A DNA stretch of 64,000 nucleotides from Orbicella franksi (lineage: Eukaryota): positions 4,154,001 to 4,218,000 of the forward strand of contig OZ116700.1 of assembly GCA_964199315.1 (NCBI GenBank), written 5' to 3'. The position numbers and the translations under genes were made by a program. The notes under the pieces were generated by a model. The model made no database searches. It had not been told where the DNA came from and saw only the letters and a program-made list of their open reading frames with translations. Below, piece after piece: positions 37,301 to 48,224 of the stretch; the stretch's first letter is position 1, and the number at the start of each line of letters is the position of its first letter.

Positions 37301-40300
37301 AAGACAGCTTCACATTCAATTAACTGTCTTCCCATCGCATACCACTGAGAGCCCTGACCACCAAACATGAAAACGAGCTTTCCATCATTGGATTTCACTT
37401 CTGCGTAGGAAACCAACTTATCCCACCCCACGGAGTCATCGGCGTAGTCTGCTAGAGACTTGGATGCTTCCACAGTAGAGCCAAAAGCAAGGGCCAAGCG
37501 ATGTGGGAATTGACTGCGCCGTTCATTCAAAGAATAGCATAGGCTTTCCACAAAACGCTCATCAGTATCTTCTACATTATTCTTGATCCATTCTGAGTAT
37601 GTTCGTGCCATCTTGTGTAGAGCTTCTTTTGAACGTGCTGACAAAGTGAGGACATTATTTAAGCGATTAACGCCCATTTCCTTTGAGCAGTGTTTTGACG
37701 TTACCTCGCGAAGGATGAGGTGCACGTTTGATCCGCCAAAACCAAACGAGTTTAAGGCTGCTATTCGGGGTTTTCCTTTTTCCGTTATCCATGGTTCAGT
37801 GGCTTGTTGGACTACAAACTCGTTTTCTTCTAGCTTAAGTTTGGGATTCAGCACGTTTATGTTAACAGTTGGCACATATTTTTTCTCTTTGATCATCAGA
37901 GCGACCTTGATCAGTCCAGCAAGACCGGAAGTAGATTCTGTATGATTGAGGTTTGACTTAACAGAACCAATCCTTAACTTACGTTTAGACGTTGCCGTTC
38001 GCCTGCTGTAGGTATCAGCTATCGAGTCAATCTCTACCACGTCTCCAATTGCGGTACCAGTGCCATGCGCCTCAAAGAAATCCACGTCTTCTGGATCCAC
38101 TCCTGACCGTTCTAGAACCCTTCTAGATAGTTCAGCTTGCATCTTTGAACTCGGAGCAGTCATCGGTACAGCGTTTTGCCCATCGCTATTCATTCCGCAG
38201 GCAACGATCTCGCAATATTCGTCATCTTTGTCATTCAAAGCCGCATGCGACAGCTTCAAAATAACTGCTGCAAAACCTTCTCCTCTTCCATAGCCATCTC
38301 CTGAAGCATCAAAACTTTTACTGCGTCCGTCAGGGGCAAGGAGTCCACCTAAGCTGGCCGAAATCTGAAACATCTCACTGAGAATAATGTTAGGCGCGCA
38401 AACGATGGCTATGTCGCAATCGTCGTTGTGCAGGTTGTCACAGGCTATTTTGAGTGCAGTTAAGGATGAAGAGCATGCCGTGTCTACGACCAAGCTTGGA
38501 CCCGTTAGGTTAAGACAGAACGACAACCTGTTGGCGATAATAGACAATGTGCTTCCTGTCGAGGCAAACGGGTCCATGATGCTGTAATTTGATGGATCTG
38601 AAGTGAGCTTGGAGTAATCCAGATTCATCACGCCGACAAACACCCCAGTTCTGCACTTTTGAAGATCGTCAAGTCGCATTCCAGCATCTTCAATGGCCTC
38701 ATACACCACTTGTAGCAGAATACGTTGCTGAGGATCCATTCCACGGGCTTCCTGATTGGATATACCGAAGAACGCGTTGTCAAAGTATTTTATTTCTTCT
38801 AAGTAGGAACCATTGAGAACAGAATGGCGTCCTGTAACAAACCGCTTAGGATTGTAGTACTCAAAGAAGGCCTTACGTTGCTCGGGTCTGTTCTCGGGGT
38901 ACGCAGTAATCGAACTCTTTCCTTGTTCAAGTAAATGCCAAAACTGGTCTTTGCTCTTTGCTCCTGGAAATCTGCAGCTGATGCCAACGAGTGAAATTCC
39001 AGGGCGTTTAGACCTAACCTGATGTATATCGCCATTTCGTACTTGCAACGATACTTCGTCGTTTTGTTCCCTGGGGTTTGGTTTTATATTTATGTCACTT
39101 TGTGAATGAAAACTGTGCACCAACTGGAGGAACAGAGTGATTATTGCCGGGAAAATAACGAGAGCGTGAGTCATCCCCAGAATAAGGACCAGCGGGACAA
39201 GACGATGGAAAATTTCAGATAGACTTGGGTAAATAAACCCCAGTGAAACTGATCCAGATATTGTTACTAATGCTTCAGTGATCACAGACCACCCAACTGA
39301 GCAGAGGGCCTCGACCATCTGACTTCGTATTTTTAACTTTGCTGAAAATACGAATGAATTAGCCACCAGATTGCTAAAATTCAGGGATAGCACCATTGTC
39401 ATAAAAAGTGATAAAAAGGAGATGTGATTCAGATGAATTCCCCACGCTTGCATTATAGCTGCTGCCTCTAACACCAGAATATCAAATGTTGCTGCCAGGA
39501 GGAGACTTATCCCGAAACTTGTGTTTGAGAATAGAGAAAACATGAACACTACTACCGTGGCAGTTACGAAAACTGTGATGACTCCTTCTCGTTCCAACAG
39601 GAAAAGGTCGTCAAGATCAAAAAATTTCTCGGAGACTGGTACTGCTTCCAAAGAAGACTGTTCCAGCAAATATTTTCTAAGTTTCTCTATTGATCGTAAG
39701 TCGTCTCGAAATCGGTTATGTAGTTCTGTCTTGAGATGAATTCGAGATGCCAGAATTCTAGCTTGAGACTTCGTACTCTCGAAACGTAGGTCTTGTCGAA
39801 ACGGGCCGTTGTGGGTTTGATCAAGGAAACGTTCCAAGCACCGGTAGAATTCTGAGTTTGAGCAGGTCATGTTTTGACGTTGTTTCCATTGCCGAAAGGC
39901 TGCCATCCAACAGAATGATTTCCCCTCGTTGAAGGAAGCTTCTTGCAGTTCCACACAAAGGTTTATTATTTGATTCTGTACAGTGTTCTGTGAATAGTCA
40001 ATTTCCTCCGAGAATATGATGCTTGTATCGGTTTCTTTACCAAAGTACTTTCGTTGTGCCTCACTAAAGTGTTTGAAATGATCAAGTTGGTTAAGTGATT
40101 CGGTGGTGCTCGTTCGCTCATCAGGTTTTAAAGCAGACAACACACACAAACTTAAGATACAGGCAAGAATGAAAAGTGACAAAATCTTTCCACCAAGCGA
40201 CGTTGTTATCCGTATAAGGCCTTTTACGATGCGTCGAAGTTTCGATTTTGGGCATTGCACGAGTCCTTGTTCTAAGCTTCCAACGCTAGTAATTGAAGAT

Positions 40301-41695
40301 CTTCTTCTACTGGATCTGGATTGCAGACAAGGAGTGTTCAATTTCTTCAACCTTTCTTCAAAATACATCAACACAATGACTGTTACCGCAAAGGATGCCA
40401 GTGAAACTAATACATAAGATACTAGTGTTGCCACGAAAAATTCGGAAATCACATCAAAAGAAGATTTGATCGCAATTCCGAAAAGAACAGTTCCACATAG
40501 CCCCGAAAATGCAGTGACGAGCCCCGCTCTAGTAAAGCAGCAGCTGACTCGATGTTCAAGTGATGGTACTTTCTTTTGCCGCTCCCATTCCACAAGAAAC
40601 AGTATTGTGTCTGAGGCTGCTTTTCCAAAAAGCAAAAAGGGAATAAACAAGGTAGTTGGGAAAAGAGACATGTTGGTCATTGAGATGATACCCACAGAAC
40701 AGGTCATAGGAAATACATAAGATGAGATCATCAGTAACACTGTTGCTAGGCAACTGAGATTATCAGAGGAAAGGAATATGAAAGTAAAGACAAGAGCAGC
40801 CATTACCACAGGTGTAACGTAAAGTGGCCATAGCTCCATTCTCAAGACGCTTTCCAATGCATCGTTTCTTGTTTTCCCAGTCTTGAAGTCGAGTTCTACA
40901 CATTTCAGGTGACGTGCCAACGACGAGAGGAGACTCTCAAAAGATGTTTCAAAGATGATAACTGCTTGGTCTTCTTCTTTTGTGGTTGTCTTTTTGAGAA
41001 AGTAAATAAGTTGAAGAGCGTCGGCCCGAGAAGTCGGTGGATCTGTATTCCGTTGAACTTGAAAATTACTCAACAATCGTTTGATGGAAGAATTGAAAGT
41101 TTGACCAGAGGAGAGAACGACTGTGGAGTTTGCCAATTCGCCAACCAGAATGGAAGAAAGGTTCCTCAAATTTTCAAACTGAGAGCCAGCTAATTCGAGA
41201 GGACTGCTAATGATACAGTCATGTTCAGCTGGTTTGCGTTGGGTGTTTGGAAGCAATTGCCTGGAGCATATTTCACTGTAGCCACTAATGTTTACTACGG
41301 TCTGGTGGACGAGAACGGCGTCTTTTAAACAATCTTCACTCAGGATATCTTGACCATGTTTAGGGACCATGATGATCTGTTCTTGGCGTGCTTGAAGAAG
41401 AGGAAAGAACTGTGCTGCATGATGGAAGTCTCTCCTGGATTGGCTGTCAGTCGCAGTGAAGCGCTCAACGGAGGGAAGCTCGACACGAAAGCGAATGAAT
41501 CCTAGACAGCTTAAAGTGATAACCATAAGCGACAGAAGAAGGACAACCCATGGTTTACGAGCTAGAAAAAATCCCAGTTTCTCGAACGTTTTCTCGTAGG
41601 CAAGGAGGGGGCCATAAGATAGTTGTCTTTGTCTTGTTAAGATGTCCCCACAACCAAAACGACGCGTTTTACGGGTCGGATGAATGTGGTACGAC
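25140..41695 (-). CDS. PKS-B: Patched/SSD-KS-AT-DH-pseudoKR-ER(degenerate)-KR-ACP-TE-PH-like megasynthase, 12 exons reconstructed (~3,556 aa, N-terminal exon unresolved)
   Basis: Exons 41695-35968, 35845-35689, 35360-32926, 32430-32268, 31928-31650, 31059-30671, 30434-30135, 29157-28840, 28300-28070, 27511-27190, 25911-25783, 25360-25140. All GT-AG and phase-compatible; total 10672 nt closes in frame on TAG at 25140. Motifs: KS C/H/H, AT GHSLG, DH H/D, KR GGIRGYG + SS..Y...N, ACP GLDS, TE GYSYG/D/GDH. Confidence 0.9.
25783..25911 (-). CDS. PKS-B PH-like exon 1 ([20 protein letters not shown]...KKIIDLE)
   Basis: ccattttag|GC...GAAG|gtaac, 129 nt, phase 1/1, stop-free; not in the ORF track. 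Confidence 0.75.
26277..27059. mobile_element. Kolobok-type non-autonomous DNA transposon in PKS-B intron
   Basis: Perfect 20-bp TIR GGTGGCCGAACACAGTTTTC, TTAA on both sides (26273-26276, 27060-27063), RR...YY termini. Confidence 0.85.
27190..27511 (-). CDS. PKS-B TE C-terminus (GDHY) and start of PH-like extension
   Basis: tttag|GTC ([12 protein letters not shown]...CPGDHYSL); donor KKG|gtaatt at 27189. Confidence 0.83.
27580..28058 (+). mobile_element. tRNA-derived SINE with Nin-like central domain, antisense in PKS-B intron
   Basis: A box TAGCTCAGTTGG (27587), B box GGTTCGAATTCC, central ggggacgttaaagaacccacgcactt...gttcccggtgttgtggtctg, short aatc-type tail. Confidence 0.75.
28070..28300 (-). 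CDS. PKS-B TE lid-region exon
   Basis: gacag|CTT...GAG|gtatgg, 231 nt, phase 0/0, helical peptide between the TE Asp and His segments. Confidence 0.8.
28420..28640. repeat. Degraded repeat with two oppositely oriented tRNA-like A-box units
   Basis: ccggcgcgttgctctacccaactgag (minus-strand A box) facing agctcagttg...gcgccggtattgcagggatcatgggttc. Confidence 0.5.
28840..29157 (-). CDS. PKS-B thioesterase exon
   Basis: attag|GAT; [19 protein letters not shown] (GxSxG nucleophile) and AMIDT (Asp). Two tandem phase-0 donors (28845, 28839); 28839 fits consensus better. Confidence 0.85.
30135..30434 (-). CDS. PKS-B ACP end, linker and TE start exon
   Basis: ttcag|ATT...CAG|gtgact; PDTTVLKIA (ACP last helix), P/A/Q-rich linker, FFCVHPS (thioesterase first strand). 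Confidence 0.85.
30671..31059 (-). CDS. PKS-B KR end + ACP exon
   Basis: GVDWPR linker, YGLDSAGAL phosphopantetheine serine motif; acag|GA...GAG|gtgtgt. Confidence 0.88.
31650..31928 (-). CDS. PKS-B KR catalytic exon
   Basis: GSFLLHQ...[24 protein letters not shown]...LAINWG; phase 1 to phase 1, 279 nt. Confidence 0.9.
32268..32430 (-). CDS. PKS-B KR exon (IDISNQEQ...TAMVLRDE...GPKIK)
   Basis: taacag|ATT...AAAG|gtaaga; typical KR segment (D-I-S, G-I-V-x-x-A-x-V-L-R-D, PKI). Not in the ORF track. Confidence 0.88.
32650..32917 (-). mobile_element. tRNA-derived SINE in PKS-B intron, starting about 8 nt after the 5' splice site
   Basis: Minus strand GGGAGCAGGGGTGGCGCAGTGGTGAGAGCG (A box)...GGTTCAAATCC (B box)...ttctccgggttctctggttttccccc core. 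Confidence 0.8.
32926..35360 (-). CDS. PKS-B exon: DH2, pseudoKR, ER-like, start of KR
   Basis: catag|CT acceptor; [27 protein letters not shown]; donor FQ|gtaacc. Confidence 0.92.
35689..35845 (-). CDS. PKS-B DH exon
   Basis: tttag|GTT...AAAG|gtat; [36 protein letters not shown]; paralogous to 2830-2674. Confidence 0.9.
35968..41695 (-). CDS. PKS-B giant exon: Patched/SSD membrane domain + KS + AT + N-terminal DH
   Basis: 5728 nt. Frame is open 56 codons upstream of ORF-track ATG 41526 ([16 protein letters not shown]...[10 protein letters not shown]), matching PKS-A (KKRRFGCG...AYQKAFEKLG). Donor ETQ|gtagat. Confidence 0.92.
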
Positions 41696-43382
41696 CTAGA
41701 CGCAAATATGCGATTTGGTTTAAGTATTTTTTTTTTTTTTTTAATTGAAAACTCTTAAATTGCCCCTTTTTGTTAGTGACTGTCCTAGTCAACTATTCAG
41801 AATCACAAACTCTTTTACCCTATTATCTATTATCAAATCAGTAAGAGTTCAAGAATAAGTCATTCATTTTTGTGGCTACTGCCTAGCTTAGTAGGCAGGC
41901 AGCCACTGTGTTATCGGTCATGCAAGAGCGTTAGAAGTTATGCAATTTTATATAACTATTGGGTCTTGTGACTGATGATCTAACAGAAATCGGTACAACG
42001 TTCGGAATCGCAAAATGTTCTGTCAGTTTTGCACGACTAATAATCGGGATAAACCGGGTTCATCTCGGATTTACCCAATAGTGCGGAACGAGGAAATTCT
42101 ACTTCTCTCGCCATTGTTCTGCTGTATTAATATCGACTGCAACCACGGACATTTTGAGGACAACTTTTTGGTTTTTCCATGTGATCTTGAGTTGTGAAGC
42201 AAGATACTCTTCACTTATGATGTTTTCATGCTATTCTCGACAACCAATCAGGCACAACATTCAAACAACGTGTCCACTGTTTTTTGGTAAAGAGTTTCTC
42301 TGTTTTTTCGTGAACGCGTAAATATAATTTTCATTAGAAAACCAAAAACGTTCCCGAAATCGCCAAGATCTATGAAATACAGCAAGATGGCCGTGTGATT
42401 GGAGCAGCTCAGCACTTTGAAATGCTCCATGTATAGGATCTGGCAATTCATACCGCTTTCGTTCAGTAAAAGATGCTCTCAATGTAAAAAAGAGTCAAAC
42501 AATATATCTTAGGGCAGTTTTCTCGAGAGTGTCGAGAAGTAATTGGTTTTGCGTTATTAAGCTTCGCGACGGGCTTAAAAAATTCGCGCTACTTTTCTGT
42601 CCAATCAGAAGTAAGATCAACTCCAACACGTTTTCTCACGTTTAGCGACAGCTCAATGTATTTACTTCGATTTTTGATTGGTTCACTGGATTTGAATGTC
42701 CCATGTGATTGACTAGACTGATTACTTTTGTTTTGGTTTTAGCGCGGTTTTCAATTTAGTGTCGAAAGTAATAAGTAAGTAACCTTTATTTAAACATGAT
42801 AAGTAATTAAGCTTGTAGCTTGTGGGGTCGCGTGTAAATAAACAGTAAAGGATAATTACAAAATAAGAATTAAAAAATTTACAATGTAAGATATAATCTA
42901 GTTTAAATAAAAATTTGCAGCTAATAATAATTAACCTAATTATTGACATTATGTGACTAATAAACGTATACCAATGGAATACACCAAACGTAATCAGGTA
43001 ATTACTTTGGTTTTGGTTGTGGTTTTTACTTTGGTTTGAGATTGGCTGAATGGTCTAACTGGTAAGTAAATGGTTTGGTTTTGAGTCTATATATATTACT
43101 AGGATAATAACACCAATTTTGTTTGTCAAGATCTTTTGAAAACTGAACGAATCATTTTGAGCGATACATGCTTTAATGACGGTCTACAGAGCTTTCTTAA
43201 GAGTTCCAAACTTGAGCCATAACTTTGTGACATCGATCAGTTTAAATTAACTAAAGAAGCTTATCCTGTAGGGTGGATCATAAAAGATGCATAGAGAAAA
43301 AGCTGTACGACGAATAGAGTACACCTATTTCAATTACTTTTTTCTCATTTAAATATCTGTTCAGCTGTTGTTCTGCAATTAG

Positions 43383-44747
43383 GGTTACCGTATACCTTTA
43401 GATCGGCAATTTTCTTCAAATTTGAATTTTTGGGTCAAACTAATGGTCGAAGAGTAATCTCTAATTTCTGAAAAAAAAATTGAAAAAAACTAAATATTGG
43501 CGGAGAAATGGAGGTTTTACATCATGGCCGGAAGTAAAAGTTCCCTCTGGATTGACAGCTCTATAACGCGTATGCAATCAACCGAGACGACTTTCGCGGG
43601 AATATTACCTATATGGATACGACGAATTGGCTGGCTATTCACCTCTACTCAGTTGAACAGCATTGCTAATCCAAACATTTTTCGTATTAGGTGTAATTCT
43701 ATTAAGTTATAAATAAACAGCGAAGAACGAATGAAAATATATCTCGGAGTGAAGAAGCGAAAATTGGCCTCGCGGATGAAGCTAAGGTTATCGTATCAAG
43801 GGGGCAAAAAGATCGAGTCAAGAGAAGAGAAAGGTTCTGTAAAAAATTGGGAACTTGACAGCGATAACAGCGATTTTTACAGTGACTCTTCTGTTGAGTC
43901 CGATACCGATGAATCGCCTGACTCATTGAGATCCATTGGAATATTATCCAAGTACATTTGCTCCGCCGCGCTTTCTCTTGTTTGTTTTCTTCGGCCAGCC
44001 ACTCTAGCGTTCGTATCCTTTTTCGTCTTCCCCATTTTGCCAAACCAGCTTTGAGCGCATTGCGAAACACAGGGGTGTTTTAGAGATTCACGCGTAAATT
44101 TCACCGCGAGAAAAAACTTTCCAAACGCTGATTGGCGTAGTGATCTGAGAACCCAGTTGAAGGCGTTTGTGCGCGGAGTTCGTTTGAGAAGTAAGAGATT
44201 TTTCTTAGCGCTGTTTTCTCGTATAAATTTTTTCGCTTGAAGCAGACACTTTAAAGAGTTACAACTCAAAGGGAATTTCTTCGATTGCCCTCAAATTTGG
44301 ACAGTAGCTAGATTAACATATAATAAACAAATACGTGTCTCCGAATTGTTTATTTCGAAATATTTTTTCTCTGAGAGCAATTTTTATATGATCACTTCAC
44401 ATTTTTTAAATCCTATTTCGAAAATGTTCTGTAACTTTTTACTGCAATTGAATATGGCAAAACGCAGACAAGCCCTTTTAGCGCTTTTTGTCCTTAAACC
44501 GGGGAAAAAAATAAATTGGCGAAAAACAAAATTCGCTTTGACTTGTAGCTTCCAAAAGGTGATTAGGGCGCTTGCATTTAGTGGTCCTGAAAAAAACGGC
44601 AATTCATTTCATTTCAAAATTCTTGGTATAGTTTGATAGCCAGCTCTATAAGCTTTTAGTTTGATATGGTGGTTTAGGTATATATCGCTTAAACCGGACG
44701 CGCTACATCGCTTGGACGCGAGGCACCCCTGAAGGTATACGGTAACC
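43383..44747. mobile_element. Kolobok-like non-autonomous DNA transposon
   Basis: TIR GGTTACCGTATACCTT(T/C)AG at both ends; flanks TTAG (left) and TTAA (right). Confidence 0.7.
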
Positions 44748-47700
44748 TTAAATTAGCTTTTCTTTCAGAACAAATCATCTTAATACATACGCATGTGTAG
44801 AGTATATAGTGTATATTGAAGGCCCCTGAGAGTATATATAGATAGCATATTTATTGCATGAAGTGGAACGGACAACATGGCGCATTGCAATTTTATATGA
44901 TAATTTGCGGACTTCATGCTTCGTCGAGCGGAAATCAAAACACGCCCGCGCATATGAGGGAAAAATATGCGCGGAGACTCGAGGTTTCAAAAAGTTTAAT
45001 TGAAAATCTAAAGACCATTTAACTTGTCTGCAAGTTGATTCTTGAATTTAGACCCTGCTCAATATCGGTGAGTTTGATGATGCCGTCCGCGAAATTAAGG
45101 TGTGTGAAAAATCCACCGTGTTTCCAAGGCTTAACCATACGTTAAAGAAAATATATTTTCTAGGCACAAGACTGCTCTTCAATTCCTGTCATTACAAGAA
45201 TTTCAAATATAATATCTTTAACGAGATTTCTCACGGTCCCAAAGTGGGGTTTCGTGGGGCCCTTGAGCCCGGAGCCCAATCATTTCATTGCCTGGAGCCC
45301 TGATCTTTTTCAGCTGCGGAGCCCGGGGACCCTGAAAGCTTTGTTGTGGAGCCCGGAGCCTAAAGTAATAAACGTCAATCTGGAAGTGTAACGCTTGCAT
45401 TCTGTTTACTTTGAAGCTTTGAAGCAGTACACGAATTTCCCGGAACGTATTCTCGCTGACTGGTTTTCGATTCCTCTGATATCAGCATCATTTCAATCCA
45501 TGAAATAAAGTAACAAACAAGAGATTTTATAAGCAAATTGGCTTAAATACAGAGCCGCGTAAACGGTTCTGAAATGGAGGGCATGGAATTCTTAACTGAC
45601 AATCTGTTTTATGAAACCATTTTGATAAAGGGTGGTAAATACTGAAGTTCCAAAAAACTAAATGCAACCCTGACAAAGAAAATTCTAGGGATCACAATGA
45701 GGCGATTAAAAATTATCATATATAGCGCACTTTCTGAGAGTAAGCAAACAGGAATGAATCAGAAACAACACAGTTCAGCGACTTCCCACTGGAAAAATGT
45801 ATTCGATATCACCATAAGGGCCGGCTAAAGGAGCAATTTTCCAAAATGGCGGATATTCGTAACATGGAAGTGCCTGAATCTTCTTCCTCAACTGTTACTA
45901 CTACAATAAAAGTTTGAAAATTTTGGCCTAAGTGATTCAAAATGTTTTTTTTTTACGACAAAAAAAGAGATTAATTCACAGTGTTTCCGAGATATTAAGA
46001 AAAATTGCTGTGATATTTAGCAGATTTTTTGAGAATTTCTGGAAAGATTTTTAGGCGATTTTACGTGATATTCGAGAAAAGGCCTAGGGAATGGCCATGG
46101 AAACATTATTTTACGCCATTTGTTACATTTTCTGTTTATTGCGTTTTCTAGATCTGTTTAGCCTTTGCTTGTAAATAAATTTACTTGTAGAAATAAATTC
46201 GGTCTCGCGCTTGTCGCCTGATCGATTAATCGATTGGGTCACGAGATGTGATTTTCAAAGAGTGATAATTTTTAAGACAATTACAAAAAAAATGTAGCAA
46301 TAAGCGCACGCAAACGACAGGTTTCAGAATGATCAGCTGATAAAACAGGATAAGTCCTTCAAAGCTTGCCTAATTTAGCGCTGTCACACTGGGCCAGAAA
46401 CACACGCGTTGCACATACGAGAGTAGACTGAAAAAATAAAGAGAGCCTTAATCTTCCCACTATTGAGACTCTCTGTGTAAAATTATCACTATCCTTGATG
46501 TACTAGTGAAAAAATGTTCATTGCTCATTCACAAAGGCGATTCAAAGGCCAACAAAGCGACAAAAGAACGCGGAAGAAAAAAAAAATTACGAAGAGAGAA
46601 AACCTCAAAAGTTTGCTTTCTGGGCAAGCTCAACCGAAATAACACTGACACATCTCAAAAGTGTGAAAGGAAACGTTATTGCACAAGTTCAAACGAGTTT
46701 TTCAAGACTCTTGTTTGACAATATCTCAAGATAATAGCTAGAAAAAGACATCTCTGGCATTTTTACTGAAATACAGTTAATATTGCGTCTTTTTTCCGCC
46801 TGAAGGGTTGAAAATCAAGTCCGCTAGTTCAATTTTCATTTCTGCTCCTTTTATGTCATTTTCATTCAGTTACATTTTTCAGTCTTAACGCACCTCACTG
46901 TCTTTATAGCAACAAAGCTTCCCTTTTTCAGGGAGGATGTTAATGCCAGAAAAGACAAGATTATCGATTGAAGCTTCGACATTCGCGACTCCATATAGGA
47001 CCGTTACTTACACAATTCTAGGGTTTAATTAATTCCTTGAGGAGTTGATGCTGGATCATTTAAATGAAATGTTTCTTTTTTACCAAATTCAGAATCCTTT
47101 TTGGCCGGAAAGACTAGTTGGTCTGAACTCTGCATTTCATAACGATTAAACACCTTTTGCAACGTACAGTGATATTAAACTATGGCAAGGGGAATTATTG
47201 ACTGGAAAAGAAACGAGAAAAAAGCATTAACCGGCCTCTTGCTTTGCTTGAATCTTGATTCAACTTGGCAGCCGCCTCTAACTCGGCCATGACAAGACTC
47301 GAGTTATCCCAGCGAATACCAGTATTGAGCTTTGTTGACTGGAAGATTTCAATTCGAGAAGTACTCTGTAAAACGACACTCCACTCTAATGGGCGTCACT
47401 CCGTGGCGGGTAATTTTATACCCAAACTAATTACATTGTTTGTCTACAGGTTGTCAGCACTCCAGGAAAAGAACATACAGTATTCCGTTTCAGCAGTTGA
47501 GGAACATGTACTTATGGCGAAAGAGTTTCCGATACAGTTTTGCAGTTTCTGCATATATTGAAAGCTATTTTATTTGTTGACACAATCGTCAAGGAACTGA
47601 AAAACCTTCCTTGTTAGCGTTATCAGCGCGTCATCACGTTGGTGTCCATTTATAGGTATCCAGTTACAACTGTTTGTAATTGGATACCTACGATACTGGC

Positions 47701-47822
47701 ACGTCAATTGCGCGCGCTTTAATGGCTTCCTTCTTAACGTTCCCCACATTTTTTAAACCTTGTGGAAAGCACTTCTGACTTTTTTTAGAGACTTTTGCCT
47801 CTCCAAGTTTGTCAATAATTCT

Positions 47823-47976
47823 ATTAACTAGTAATTGGCCGTCGTGTTGCACAATTTAGAGAATAATCAAGTTCCTAAGTTGGCTTCTTGCTAGACGCTC
47901 GTCCGATTTTGAAATCACTCAGTCGCGCAGTTAATCCCTGAATTTTACTCCAGTCATTCCAATTACTATTACTAAT
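47823..47976. mobile_element. Short MITE
   Basis: Inverted ends attaactagtaattgg / ccaattactattactaat. Confidence 0.5.
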
Positions 47977-48224
47977 CAGATGCTGTATTGTCTCTTTAGA
48001 AACTTGCTTCCTTATTATTTCCAGCCAACGCCATCTATAAATATAAAATAAGGCACTATTATACGAGCATAATCCGTTAGACCAAAGCCCGCAGGAAGCA
48101 GTATTTCTATAGTTTTCTGGACGTATTGAGTCAATGGAAAATAATTTCCATTATACCATAAGTTCAAAGAGAAAATAAGTCAGTCTTAAGAAATTATCGA
48201 CGCTTCGATATTCAAGACTGTGTT

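Noticed and set aside
1-41695. Bacterial contamination or recent horizontal transfer as the source of the PKS genes
   Set aside because: Both genes have multiple spliceosomal introns containing animal SINEs and DNA transposons and carry a eukaryotic Patched-type domain. Ancient transfer of the PKS part is not excluded without a phylogeny.
43497-44636. ORFs inside the Kolobok-like element
   Set aside because: Short, overlapping and without recognisable catalytic motifs; at most decayed transposon coding sequence.
45240-45365. Repeated ggagccc(g/t)g motifs considered as a CRISPR-like array
   Set aside because: Motifs are too short and irregular, there are no cas genes, and the context is eukaryotic; likely a transposon subterminal repeat.
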